From the human T2T-CHM13v2.0 reference genome, Homo sapiens, in NCBI RefSeq assembly GCF_009914755.1, contig NC_060941.1: a stretch of DNA of 64,000 bases; one strand, 5' to 3'. The notes under the pieces were generated by a model. It was given only the letters and a program-made list of their open reading frames with translations. It had not been told where the DNA came from and did no database searches. Of the stretch, positions 1-18,220 are shown piece by piece; position 1 is the first letter of the stretch; each line of letters begins with the position of its first letter. Position numbers and translations under genes: made by a program.

Positions 1-372
1 TCAGTGGACTGAGAGGAGTAGACTGTGCTCCCTAGTGTGGGGGGGCCTCATCCAGTCAGTTGAAGGCCTGCATAGAACAAAAAGCCTCACCCTCCCCCGA
101 GGAAGAGAATTCTCCGGACTGCCTGCCTTCAGACTGGGACACTGGCTTTTTCCTGCCTTGGAACTTGAATGCTGGCTCTTCTTGGGCCTCAAGCCTCAGA
201 CTGGAACCCTGTGGTCCGCTCTCCTGGGCCTCCAGCTTGCCGACTGCAGCAGATCTTGGGACTTAACCTCTGCAATCACATGAGCCGAATCCTTGTCATC
301 TCTGTGTGTGTGATTCTCTGTCTCTCTACACACATGTACATACACCCTGTTGTTCTGTTTCTATAGGAGATG
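1..372 (+). mobile_element. MLT2-type (ERVL) LTR, 5' part outside the window
   Basis: GGCCTCATCCAGTCAGTTGAAGGCCTG...GAACAAAAAG...CTCCAGCTTGCCGACTGCAG...TTCTGTTTCT resembles the MLT2B/D consensus. Confidence 0.75.
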
Positions 373-504
373 TGCTCCAAAATCCTGGAACTGCAAAACC
401 TTTGACTTCTACAAAAAATGGGTTAATCTGGAATCATCTCTCCTTGGTTCGTATGTGTGTGTGTATGTGTGTGTTTGGGGTTTTTCTTCCCATCAATAGG
501 CTTA

Positions 505-842
<338 letters not shown>

Positions 843-2382
843 TCATGGGCCCAGTGGAGAAGGTGGCCCTCCTCCCTTCCTCAGAGCCCCCGAGCCCTGC
901 CCTGTGGGGTGGGAAAGAAGGGGACCTGCCCAGTGTCACGGTCAGTGGCCAAGCTGGACGACAGGTAATCCCTGAGTCCTGCCCCAGCCAGCCCTGCCCT
1001 CTGCTCTCCCAGAACCTAGAATCTGGGGGAAGATTGAACAAGCTCTTCCTTGAAGGGAGGGCGCCGCCTCCTCTCACCCCCTGCCACGGGCATCGGTGTG
1101 AGGCTGTGCTGGGGGCTGTGCTCACCCTCTGTGTCCCCGATGGGGCAGTGTCTGGTACCTGTGGAGTTCCTGGAAGAATCTGTGCCCTGATTGCCATTGT
1201 GAGCTGTGCCGGGGAGGCTCTGTAGGAGAGGAGGAGCAGTTAGCCGACTATTGGGGCGTGGGACAGGCTGGTCACGGGGCTCCGCTTCCTGGAGGGCTGC
1301 TGCTTTCGTAGGCCTGGCATCCGCCCCTCCAGCCGCATGCTGTCTGATTGTTCCCTGCAGGAGGTGCCAGCCCCTAGCTCTGGCAGCATCAGAGGAGCAC
1401 ATGAACCGAATGCTTCCAGAAGGCTCTGCGGCTGGTGGGGAGAAGGCTCTGGAGACCTTCAGTGAGTTGTGGCCTGTTCCCCGCTTCTCTCCGCACCGTT
1501 GGATGAGCCTCCTGTGGCATGGCTGGAAGGGCTGGGCGCTGAGGGTGTAGGCATCAGGACAGCTTTGCCTGGGCTGCCCACATTCTCTGCCCTGGGGGGA
1601 CAGGGGCAGCTGGCGAAGCCCTCGTGTGGTGTCTCAGTGAAGTGCCCAGTGATGGGCTAGGGCCACCCCTGTCCTGAGCCTCCCCATGGCCCTCCAGTTC
1701 TTCCCTCCCTCCCACCTGCTCCTGTCTCCTTCGTTTTCTGTTTCTGTCTGGGTTGACTCATGACATACCTGAGAGCCTCCTGGCTTCAGCCTCTCTGCCA
1801 TCCCCAGAGCAAGGAGGGCTCGGGGGGCACACAGTGTGGGAAGAGGCTGGACGGGAAGGCCAGAGGGTCACAATGGGTGGCGGGCGCCCTCCCTGCTGCC
1901 CCGTCTCGCCCGGCTCCCAGAGTCACTCATTCGGGCTCACTCTGGGCCCTCAGCTGCTCCCTCTGATCCCAGCCTCAAAGGTGCAGCTGGTCTGGTTAGA
2001 CACGTGTTCTCAGAAGGAGCAGAGAGTGATGCATTAATTTATCCTTTGTTGACTCTGAAAGTCAAAAGCTCCCGGGGAATCTGGACTAATCTCTCTCCTA
2101 GAAGTGGCTGATTATTTGTAAAAGGATCTGAGCTTGCTGAGTGTCACATGGCAGTGGGACCTCCATGCAGGTCCCTGAGTGGCCATGCCGCTCTCCTCCC
2201 CTTCCCGCCCAGGCCAGGCCTCCAGTGCTGTGCTTCCGCTGTTTCGTCTGCCTGGGACGCTCCCGCCCCTGGAGAAGGAGAACTCAGGAAGCTCTTCCCT
2301 GAAGACATTTGTGGGGGCTTGGCCAGCCTCCCTTCCTGTCCCCCTTGTCCCCTGCACAGACTTTTGTGCAACGCTGCGATGA

Positions 2383-2516
2383 TTTATTTTATTTTTTATC
2401 TCTTGTAGTGATGGGGTCTAACCATGTTGCCCAGGCTGGTCTCAAATTCCTAGGCTCAAGCGATCCTCCCGCTTCGGCCTCCCAAAAGGCACAGACACAA
2501 GCCACCGTGCCCGGCC
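2383..2516 (-). mobile_element. Alu left monomer (FLAM-like)
   Basis: Single arm ending in GTGCCCGGCC. Confidence 0.85.
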
Positions 2517-2730
2517 CTGTGATGTTCATGGAACTGACTTGTCCCACGTCTGTCTCCTTCTCCTTCCTACCTCTGTGTGACCGGGCCCTCGAGCTGTGCT
2601 GGACACACAGAAGGTGCTGGTGCATGGAAGGTGGAGGTCAGAAGGGCCTCCCTTCCCCCGCGAGAAGGGCAGGTCCTACCACAGCATGGGTGGGCGCCTG
2701 GGATGTGGAAGGAAGCTGAACTGCTTCTAG

Positions 2731-3069
<339 letters not shown>

Positions 3070-3189
3070 CTCCCGCAGTTCTGATTGGATAACCCAGCCC
3101 AGGAGTGCCCCGGAGCCCTCCCTCTGGCCGTATGCTGAGCTCAGTGCCTCACCCCCACCATTTTAGTCCCCACCCATCCCTGCAGGGTC

Positions 3190-3262
3190 AGTCCTACTGT
3201 CCCCACTGCACAGATGGGGAAACTGAGGCTCAGAGGGGTTGGGGAAATTTGCCCACAGTTTC
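3190..3262. mobile_element. MIR fragment
   Basis: CAGATGGGGAAACTGAGGCTCAGAG core. Confidence 0.65.
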
Positions 3263-4312
3263 AGCCAACAAAATGGAGAACAGGATCCAGTCCGGCCCCA
3301 GGCCCTGCTCTGCTGACCTCTGTTTTATCTTCCCACCCGGGACCCAGAGGATGGGGTGCTCCTCAGGACCCGCCACAGAGCCCGACCGGAGGACTGGGAA
3401 TGTGCCCACAGCTGGGACAAGGAACCAGCCAGCAGCATTCCTGGCAGGCCCATCCCAGCCAGGTGAGGCCCCAGCTCCTCTTGGCTTCTCCCACTGTGGG
3501 TACGGGGACGTGACAGCAAATAGACTGTCCAATTTCCCTGCCCTCGCGGAGTAAGATGGAGAGGAACGTTCTGGAGCAGACAGTGATGGCTGCTTCTGGG
3601 AGACACAGCAGGGAAGCGGTGAGCCATGCAGAGAGTCGGGGGATTGGCGTCGGCCTCTCCCCTACATGCTCCTGCCCGCCCCAAAGCCCTCAGTGTCTCA
3701 GTGCTAGTCTGGACTTTCCCTCCCTTCCTGGGACTCAGGGAGGGATTCTTTTGCCTGCTGGCCACAGCGGGAAGCAGCAGATGCTGCCCGGGCCGGCCTG
3801 TGGGGACGGCACCCTGCCTCTGGAAGGCTCGGTGATGCTGCGGCCAGCCGGTGTCCACCAGGCCTGTGCCAGGTGAGATGGGCCTTCACGGTGGCCTGGC
3901 TCCGTGGGCCAGGCCCCCGGATGCATCCCTCCCCCAGCAGGCAGTGGATTGGAGAGGAGCCCTAGGAGCACGAGGGACCCCAACTGGGGGGACTTCAGAG
4001 GTGCCTGCCTGGGAGGGGGCAGGTGCAAGAAAGATACTTCCAGGACCCCGAGGGAGGAGACAGCCCCGGACTTCGAGGCTCATGGCCAGAAGGCTGGGAG
4101 CTCCCTGAAGGCAAGCACAGGGAACCCAGAAGACAGCAGCAGGCAGGGGCCATGGATGGGGGCCTTGGGGCCAACCACCCGGTGAAGGCTTGATGGAAGG
4201 AGGGAGGGAGCCACCGACGGTCCTTGAGGGTCCTTGGATGCCTGCTTATGGAGGAGTAGCCTGACACTGAGAAGTGAGGGGGCATCCAGGTCCCAGGTCT
4301 GGGTGAGCCAGG

Positions 4313-4669
4313 TGATCTGGTTTGGCTCTGTGTCCCCACCCAAATCTCATCTTGAATTGTAATCCCCACATGTGGAGGGAGGGAGGTGATTGGATCATGG
4401 AGGCAGCTTCCCCAGTGCTGTTCTCGTGATAGTGAGTGGGTTCTCACGAGGTCTGATGGTTTTATAAGGGGCTCTTCTCCCTTCCTATTCCTTCTCTTTC
4501 TCTCCTGCTGCCTTGCGAAGAAGGCGTCTGCTTCCCCTTCTGCCGTGAGTGTAAGTTTCCTGAGGTCTCCCCAGCCATGTGGAACTGTGAGTCAATTAAA
4601 CCTCCCTGGCTGATAAATTACCTAGTCTCGGGTAGTATCTTTATGGCAGTGTGGAAATGGACTAATACA
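4313..4669 (+). mobile_element. THE1 (THE1D-like) MaLR solo LTR
   Basis: TGATCTGGTTTGGCTCTGTGTCCCCACCCAAATCTC...GGACTAATACA; 5-bp TSD CCAGG/GCAGG. Confidence 0.9.
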
Positions 4670-5439
4670 GCAGGTGATCTGGGAATGGAGGGGAAATACT
4701 TCTGGGAATGTCACTGATCTAAAACCTGTCTGTAGTGGGGTTGGATGACGAGCCACGCTGGTGAACCGATTTCCTGATCCTCAGGGATTCCTGCAGGGGT
4801 GGCCCAGGTTCCTGCTCTAGGACATGGGGATGTATGGGCCCGCTTGTCTGGTTCCAGCCTTTGGGGCCTGCTGAGATTTGCTGGGGCCGCAGGAAGAGGA
4901 GCAGTTGGCTTCTTGCTTGAGAACTTTTCAAGAACATTTTCAGGGTGTAGATGAGTGAAGGACCCACATGCTGCTGTGCTCCTAGTTTATGAACTACTGA
5001 TCTTTGCTGACTCTATGGAGAGAGCAATGGATGGAAGGGATGGAAGGCCCTTTGCTTTTGAAAGCAAAATAGAGAACATCTGAGCTATGCAAGAAGAGCA
5101 AGGACAGGGACCTATTGTAATTCTGTGCACGGCCCCCTCTTGACATTCTCCACTCCTGTGGAATTTGGTTTTACGACCACAGGACTAAGCTAATTAGGAC
5201 TTAGCTGAGGAGATGGGCCGTGTTTCCCTGTGCTCAGATGGTGACGGTGTTGTGCACCTTCTCTTGCCACAAGATCCAGAGTCAATGAAGACAGGACTCC
5301 AGAGTGTTTGCACAGAAGCCGGGTCTTCCAGCCAAAGTGGATTCTGTGTGATTACAAGTTTGCTAGTAATGCCACCCTGGTTTATTTATTTTAATTTATT
5401 TTATTTTTTTAAACAGCAAAACCAAAATGAAGCAATTGA

Positions 5440-5806
<367 letters not shown>

Positions 5807-5863
5807 TAAAATTTTGATGGAGATAATTGTAGATCCACATGCAATTGCAAGAAATCACACTGA

Positions 5864-6299
<436 letters not shown>

Positions 6300-6322
6300 T
6301 GAGGCAGGTGTACTGATTTTTA

Positions 6323-6710
<388 letters not shown>

Positions 6711-7519
6711 AACTGCCAGACTGTTTTCCAGAGTAACTGTACTGTTCCCGCCAGCAGTGTGTGCGTGATCTTATTTCTCTGCATCCTCATTAGCATTTGG
6801 TGTTGCCACCATTTTTTGTTTCAGCCGTTCTGATAGTTAACGCAGTGATATCTTATTGTAGTCGTAATGTGAATTTCCCTAATGGCTCACGATATTGAAC
6901 GTCTTTTCACGTGCTTATTTGCCATCCGTATATCCTTTTTGGTAAAATATTTCATATCTCTTGCCCATGTTCTAATTACATTCTTTGATGCTTTTCTGTT
7001 GAATTACACTGAGGGAGGTAAGGGAACCAGCCAAGCAGATTCCCTGGATAAGAACATTCCAGAAAGAGAGAAGAGCTAATTTAAAGGCCATGAGACAGGA
7101 GTTCAGGGTGTTCAAGATAAAGCACCAGAGTCAGTGTAGCCGGGCGAGTGAGCTGCGGGAGAGGGAGGCACATTCACCAAATAATTCATGGCCACCCCCA
7201 TAACCGGCCCCGCTACAGACAGGCGGCACCGCGCAGTTGGCCCAGGCCCCCACGACGGGAAGGAACGTGGGCCACTCCTGGGCAGAGGCATGAGGAACAG
7301 GTGAGCGATGCCTGGCCTGCCTTCTGCTTCTTGATGATGGCTGGAGGCCACGCATTGAGTTTGTTGAAACAAGATTGTGGCAGCCTGGATGGGTGAGTCA
7401 CCGCGTGGAGCCGCTGCTGCTCTGGGGAGCTGCCTGGCTCGCTCTGGACTTAGCGTGAGCGAGAAGTAAATCTGTAGTGTATCGTGTCTTGGAGACATCA
7501 GGGCTTATTTGTCACCACT

Positions 7520-7684
7520 GCAAAAATGAGTTCATTCTGACAAATACAGGGATGAGGTCAGCAAAATGAGTTCATTCTGACAAATACAGGGATGAGGTCA
7601 GCAAAAATGACTTCATTCTGACAAATAGAGGGATGAGGTCAGCAAAAATGAGTTCATTCTGACAAATACAGGGATGAGGTCAGC
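7520..7684. repeat. Minisatellite, 4 x 40-41 bp (GCAAAAATGAGTTCATTCTGACAAATACAGGGATGAGGTCA)
   Basis: Units start at 7520, 7561, 7601 and 7642. Confidence 0.95.
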
Positions 7685-7980
7685 GGGACTTGGCGGGTGT
7701 GGGGGGCCGGTCAGGTCCTGCAAGGCCTTATGGGTCTTGGTAAGGACACCAGCTTTTTGGCTTGAGTTCTGAGTGAGATGGGAAACAGCTGCCTTTTCTC
7801 ATTTGACTTTGACTTCCTCCCCTCAACCCCACCTGCTGCAATGAAAGTCGTAATATTTATGAGGTCAAAGGTATTCTCTTTCTCAGTAGCCTCTGGGTTT
7901 TGTATCAGCTTGGAAACGACTTTTGCATGTTTAATTCTCCTCCTACCTTTTTTTCTCGTACTTTCATGGCTTTTTAAAAT

Positions 7981-8265
7981 TTTATTTTTATTTTGTTTAG
8001 AGGCAGAGTCTCACTCAAGGCTGGAGTGCAGTGGTGCCATCTCGGCTCACTGCAACCTTCCCCTCCGAGTTCAAGTGATTGTCGTGCCTCAGCCTCCCAA
8101 GTAGCTGGGATTACAGGCACGTGCCATGATGCCCAGCTAATTTTTGTATCTTTAGTAGAGACAGGGTTTCACTGCGTTGGCCAGGCTGGTCTCGAACTCA
8201 AGTGATCCTCCTGCCTCGGCCTCCCAAAGTGCTGGGATTACAGGCGTGAGCCACCGCACCCGGCC
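7981..8265 (-). mobile_element. Alu
   Basis: Dimer; TSD TTCATGGCTTT. Confidence 0.93.
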
Positions 8266-8544
8266 TTCATGGCTTTATTTTTTTACACTGAAATCTCTGA
8301 TGCATCTGGTGGGTTTTGTGTAAGGAGTGAGGTCGAGCTTTTAATGAGTCCTAAATGGTCCTCTAGATTCAGTGTCTGCATGACAAAGCTTATGGCCAGC
8401 TCTTTGAAACTCTGGAGAAACCCTTTAGGGAACTGATGCTGGGTCTAGGGTGGGAAGGGCATCGGGGTGGTGAGAGGAGCCCCAGCAGATCACCAGGGAG
8501 GGCCAGGGCCGGCTGGGTGGCTGCCTGGGACAATTAGACAATTA

Positions 8545-9031
<487 letters not shown>

Positions 9032-9388
9032 TCAGCATTTAGTCCGCTGAAACATGCAGCTAAATAACCAGCCGGCTGTCTTCCGAGAACAAGTGATTTA
9101 TTTTTATTGCTTCATTTTTAAACACTTCAACATGCCTCCCAAGAAGCTGTGTGGTTTGGAAAAGCGTAAGAGAAAGCTGAAGAGAAAATGCAAGCTGGAG
9201 AAAAGTGGGGATGCTTTGCTGACACATTCTTCCGGAAACCAGCTCGGCTCTGCCAGGCGTGTGTTTTTGGCCAGTGCCATTTCCGGGCCCCTGGAGTTGA
9301 TGGACATTTCCTGTGCGGGGTCTGATTCTCACTACAGATTTGAAAGAGGCATGCAGATTTTTATTTTAAAAAAACTAAATAGAACCTG

Positions 9389-9894
<506 letters not shown>

Positions 9895-10016
9895 CTAAAG
9901 AATATTGGTTTTTCTGTCTCTCAAAATATGTAGTGAACATCTCTCAATCTAAGGGGCATTGTAGTGTTAGCCAGCTGAGGTAAAAAGGCAAGACCCATTC
10001 GTCTCCAAGTGTCCTA

Positions 10017-10716
<700 letters not shown>

Positions 10717-10735
10717 GGAAAAGAAAGAAAGAGAC

Positions 10736-11123
10736 TGATTTAGTGATTTAGTTTGGCTCTATGTTCCCACCCAAGTCTCATCTCCAATTGTGATCCCCAT
10801 AATTCCCATGTGTTGAAGGGGGGACCTGGTGGGAGGTGATTGGGTCATGGCAGCGGTTCCCCTATACCGTTCCCGAGATAGTGAGTGAGTTCTCAGATGA
10901 TCTGATGGTTTTATAAGGGCCTCTTCCTCCTTCGCTCATTCACTCTCTCTTGCCTGCTGCCATGTAAGACATGCCTTTGCTTCTCTCTTGCTTTCTGCCA
11001 TGATTGTAAGTCTCATGAGGCCTCCCCAGCCATGTGGAACTGTGAGTCAATTAAACCTCTTTCCTTTATAAATTACCCAGTGTCAGGTATTTCTTTAGAG
11101 CAGTGTGAGAACGGACTCATACA
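10736..11123 (+). mobile_element. THE1/MST-type MaLR solo LTR
   Basis: TGATTTAG(x2)TTTGGCTC...GTCAATTAAACCTCTTTCC...GGACTCATACA; TSD GAGAC/GAAAC. Confidence 0.9.
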
Positions 11124-11486
11124 GAAACCAAAAAGAAGGCAGAATGGAGGAAAGACAGCAGGTCCAGGACTTGGTCACCTTGATGCCCCAGTGTGACCTT
11201 TTGTCCCACTGAGTTCCCAGCGCTGGCTGTCACATGCTCAGGGCTCAGCCATCTGCTCCTCATGCAATCTCCAGTGTTTGCAGAGCAGGAGGATGTTTCC
11301 AAGGAAATCCTACTGGAATATCACCAGAGTTCCCTGGAAGGCATCAGGGACAGTGGTGAGCTTGGCAGTGAGCCTTCTCCACCTCCCTAGTTCAGGTCCT
11401 GCCCACCGAGAGTTAGGGACGGTCTTGGTGCTGTTGGGCCGTCCTGACCACCGTGGCAGCCAGCAATGGGCTGGGTTTGTCTATGG

Positions 11487-12015
11487 CAGGTTTCTCAGCA
11501 GGCACGGCTGACATGCTGTGCAGGGTCATTCTCTGCGGGGGGAGCCGTCCTGTGTGCACTCTAGGATGTTTAGCAGCGTCTCTGGCCTCTACCCACCAGA
11601 TGCCACTAGCACCCACCCAGCTGTGACAACCAACAATGTCTCCAGACACTGTTTTTTTTTTTTTGTTTTTTCAAGACGGAGTCTTGCTCTGTCACCCGGG
11701 CAGAAGTGCAGTGGTATGATCTCAGCTCACTGCAACCTCCACCTCCTGGGTTGGGTTCAAGCGATTCTCCTGCCTCAGCCTCCCGAGTAGCTGTGATTAC
11801 AGGCACCCACCACCACGCCTGGCTAATTTTTAAATTTTTAGTAGAGAAAGGGTTTCACCATGTTGGCCAGGCTGGTCTCGAACTCCTGATCTCAAGTGAT
11901 CCTCCCAACTCGGCCTCCCAAAGTGCTAGGATTGCAGGTGTGAGCCACCGTGCCCAGCCAGACACTGTTTAATGTTCCCCATGTGGGCAAAACTGCCCCT
12001 AGCTGAGAATCATTG
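11487..12015 (-). mobile_element. MER20 (hAT-Charlie DNA transposon) split by an Alu
   Basis: AGGATGTTTAGCAGC...TGGCCTCTACCCACCAGATGCCA...GTGACAACC...AATGTCTCCAGACA matches the MER20 reverse complement. Confidence 0.85.
11652..11959 (-). mobile_element. Alu inserted in MER20
   Basis: TSD CCAGACACTGTTT. Confidence 0.95.
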
Positions 12016-12590
12016 ATCTAAACTAGCACTTTTATGACTGAGAGGATGAAACTGAGGCCCGGAAAGGTTAAGACACTTGACTGAAGTCACACAGTGAGCC
12101 CCTGGGATGGAGCTGGGGCTGGGCCCCTAGCACAAGCTCCCAGATTGGGGCTCCATCTTCGGAAATGGGGCAGCAGGTGTGGTGTGCGTGATTCTGATGA
12201 AAGATGAGACTGGAATCCACCTAAGGTTGAAATCTCCCACAGACGACCCTGAGATCACAATGCTCAGACAGGACAGACATTAATCTCCTTGGTGGTACAA
12301 AGAGCCAAGGTGATTCAATTCCAGGCCCCTGCAGAAGCTTTTTCCAAGGGCTTGGCAGGTGTAGACACTCTTCCACCAGATCCTGCCCTCGTTAGCATAA
12401 TCTGAGCAGCTTCTCCTAAGATGGAAGGTCCACGCCCTGATGGGGCAGAGAACACAGGCTTCCAGATCAGGAACTGGGACTCTGGGGCCAGATGGCAAAG
12501 GGTTCACTTCTGAATAATGCCAGCATCCATCCTATTTCTCTCGCTTAGCTTTATGGTGGTGTCTTCATTGTCAATATAAAAAACACTTCA

Positions 12591-13287
<697 letters not shown>

Positions 13288-13692
13288 TCATATTTTAAAA
13301 TGTGTTCTGGGAAAAGGCTGTTGAAAGAACCCCCAGTAAGAATTCTTCTCCAATGCCAGATTTCTCTTGTGATCGCTTCCTGATTTTCTGTTTAATACGT
13401 GAAATTACACATGGTGAGGAATTTTCTGAAAGCACACACGTATTTAAGAGTTCTGGAGAGAAGCAGTGTGTGTGCACTGGGGGATCCGACATACCCTAAG
13501 GATTGAGTTTGTCTGTACTAGGACAGGATCCATGAATTCATGCATGCATTCAATTTTAGAATCCTAGAGTTAGTGGCTCTGGCACAAAACAAGGAGATTG
13601 GAGAGCACTGGGCAGCAGAGGCTCTACTCCCAGGCCGGGCTCACCAGCCTCCCCGGGGGGCAGGCATGCAACAGAGCCCATGGGAGTTTCGG

Positions 13693-14003
13693 TTTTTTTT
13701 TTTTTTTTGAGCTGGAGTCTAGCTCTGTCGCCCAGGCTGGAGTGCAGCGGCATGATCTCAGCTCACTGCAACCTCCGCCTCCTGAATTCAAGTGGTTCTC
13801 CTGCCTCAGCCTCCCAATTCCAGCCTCCCTCAGCTGGAATTACAGGTGTGCACCACCATGCCTGGCTAATTTTTGTATTTTTGTAGAGATGGGGTTTCAC
13901 CGTGTTGCCCAGGCTGGTCTTGAACTCCTGGGCTCAAGCAACCCTCCTGCCTTGGCCTCCCAAAGTGCTGGGATTACCAGTGTGAACCTCTGCACCACGC
14001 CTG
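13693..14003 (-). mobile_element. Alu
   Basis: Dimer with a small internal CAGCCTCCC duplication. Confidence 0.93.
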
Positions 14004-16367
14004 CATACTGTCATTTTAAAAGTCAGATCATCTCTTCCATGAGGAAGGGAGTAGAACATGGAGCCTCAACTGTGCGCATGATAAGAATCCGTGCTTCCCC
14101 CTGGGGAAATATCAGGCCTTATGGGCTTAAGTGCTCAAGCAAGAGGGACTTCAGCTTAGACGAAAGCATGAGCCTCAGTTTTGCATTTTCCTAAGGAGCG
14201 TCATCTGCGCCTCTAGGAGTTTTTACTATCTGAGCCTCCGGGTTCTTCTCCAGCCGCTGCTGAGGGCATGAAGCCATCTGGGGGTGGGGGGCGCAGGTGT
14301 GGAAGGAAGAAGCATATCCAGTCCCTTGGACGTGGCAGACTCCCAGTGTGTGTGGCGGCGCCCGCAGGAGGCAGTCCCTCTCAGCCGCATCCGCCTTGAG
14401 GTTGTTCTCAGTTCTGATGTGGCCCCAAAGAGAACCAGTTCCATTATGGATTAGTAAGAATTTATTTTGAACATGTTGTGGGAAGATGGTGACTGCAGGG
14501 GGTGCGGCGGGGGGAGGGAGCCCATTAGAGGCACCAGGTTCCCCTCCAGCGAGCCCCCCTGGACGTTGCTTCTCCCTGACCCAGCACCTTGGTAGACCCC
14601 CTTTGTTGGCCTGTCCACCCTGCTCAGCAAACCCAAACCCGAGGGTCAGCCGAGCAGTACCCCCACCCCGGCGTTCCCAAGCGGGCCCGGCGTGGGGTGA
14701 CTCAGCTTGTTCCACTCCATCTGTTAGAAAAGGCACAGGACTGTCCAAGGCTGAAGCGGGGTGGGATTTTAGGGGCCCCTCCATGCAAACAAACATAAAT
14801 CAACTTCCGTCCTGCCAAAAGCTCTGCTGATAATTGAGAGGCAAGCTAATGAACACAGCAGTTTAAAATTCACTCTCCAATATCTATTGCAGAATTGCAT
14901 TGGATAGTTAAAAATCAAAGAGTCTAGCCCCCTAGACCCGGCCTGCTTCCTGGGGAGGCTGCCCCCGAGTTAGGATTTCACATGACACCTCCAGCACTTC
15001 TAAAGGGCCAACCCCAGAATCGCTCACTCCCCAGCACGTCTGGGCTGTGCGCGGCACCCCAGGTAAATGCAGCGGCCTCTGCATTAGCCCGCGCTGCTTA
15101 GAGACGCTGCCACGACACTTCTGCCCTTGAGTCCGGTTTTGGGGATGGTTGATGTGGGGACACATGAGCGAGTGTGGCTCCTTTTGTGGACTAGACTGCT
15201 CTGCACGCTGTGGGGTGCCAGCCTGGGAGGACCCTTTGGCCACCATCACCAGAAAGCCTTCAGCCCAAAGACCTTTCTCAGGCGTTTACAGTTTATCCAC
15301 ACTTTTCCTAACAAGACTCCAACACTTCCAGTCTCTTGGGAACTAATTGGGAGGGCAAGTAAACACCTCTTCAACAGAAATGGCTCAGGGGGGCCTGTTG
15401 TACACCCCCCTGTGTCCCAACAAACCTCTGCCAGCCTCAAACAACTGGACAAAATCCTCCTGAGGGCACCAGAAGTGAGCTGGGGTGGCTGGCGCCGCCT
15501 GGTAGGGCACAGGGCTGGTCTGCAGGGTCATGTGATTGGAGGAACAGCTTGAACTAGGTTGCCTGGCAGGTGGACAGGCACCTAACCCCGCAGCAGGTGC
15601 CATAAGCGATGAAGTGGGTGGAGGTCTTGGGGAGCGGTAGTGCTGTTCCAGGAGCTCACTGGGCTCCATACCGGCAGCTTCCCCACGGTTCCAGAGTCCT
15701 CCGGGCTGCTCGGAGCCTGGGCACCTCCCTGTGCCATTTCAGGGCCATTTCCCTGTGTCTCTCCCCCTCGCAGCACTTGCCGTGGGGCGCGTGAACCATG
15801 GCTACTGAGTGAACGCAAGAGCGTCGAGGGCTTTTGTCCTCTGACAAGTGCACACTCCCCCAGGCACCCACGTGGAATTTCAAACCCAGTCACTTCTTCC
15901 GGAAGACCCATAAATCGCTCCTTATTGTTGTGTGACTGTAAATGTGTTCTAAACATTGTCCTTTCACGCCTGCGTCCTCCCCTGTGTGCACACTTTATTA
16001 AACGTTGAAAACAACTCTTTATTATGGAAAATCTCAACCTCCGGAGAGTGCAGACAGCAGCCTTATGAACGCCTCCGGATCCAGCCTCTATATTTAACAA
16101 TCGCTAACATTTTGCCATATTTGCTTCATCTGGTTTTCTTTTCTAAACTAATCTAAAGTCAGTTACTGTCTCTGTGACATTTCCCCCTAAATCTTTTTTA
16201 GACATTTTCTTTTAAAAATGACATTTTCTTTTACTGAACCACAATACCATGATCACAGCTAACAAAATTAACCCTGATTTTCTAATATCATGGCCTGCCC
16301 AGTCCATGTTTGTTTGGTTGTCTCCCAAATGGCTTTTCCAGCTGGGTTTGTTCAAAACAGGATCCCA

Positions 16368-17064
<697 letters not shown>

Positions 17065-17289
17065 ATCCTGTGTTTTCATGTCTGACTGTGGAAGAGACTG
17101 GGTTGGCGGGCTGTGGACTTGCAAGGCATCCATTCAGGGTCAGCCTGGCTGCTTCCTCTGGCTGTGGTATACATACGCTGTTGCTTGTTGTGGCCTATGA
17201 AGTTGAAGTTAGAGCTAAACTAGGTCTGATAAGATTCAGGTTGTGCTTTCAGGCCAGAGGGTCTTATAGGTCATCAGAAGCACATTATG

Positions 17290-17657
<368 letters not shown>

Positions 17658-18013
17658 TTAGAGCTACCTCTTCCCTATTGGAGGCACCAAGTAAACCCGG
17701 GAGGACACATTGGCACAGGGTGAGCGCCGAGCTCCCTGCCAGCCTGTCACCAATATCCCCTCACCCCAAAACAATCCATGGCAACACATGGCTGGGCTTC
17801 CACAGTCTCTCCCTGCACACTCATCACACCAGGGGCTGAACCCCATGTGGGCTCAGGGCAGTCACCCCACTACATAATAAACGTTCCTCCAGCATTCAAA
17901 GCATTTCTTAATGGAAGGAGGTCCCCAGATGCATTTACAGCCTTGGTTCCAAACCTCAGGGCCGCCTGTGTGTAGTATTCTATAAAACTGGTTCCTTAAG
18001 AATCCACTTTGAA

Positions 18014-18220
18014 GGCCGGATGCGGTGGTTCAACCCTGTGATCCCAGCACTTTGGGAGGCTGAGGTGGTCGGATTGCTTGAGGCCAGGAGTTCGAGACCA
18101 GCCTGGGCAACACAGTGAGACCTTGTCTCTACAAAAAATAATAATAATCATAACTAAAAATAAATTACTTTTGAAAAATCCCCATAGTGAGGTTAGTATG
18201 AAACAAACAAACAAAAAAAA
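18014..18220 (+). mobile_element. FLAM-like Alu monomer with extra 3' sequence inside a 16-bp TSD
   Basis: TSD AAGAATCCACTTTGAA at 17998-18013 and 18219-18234. Confidence 0.85.
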
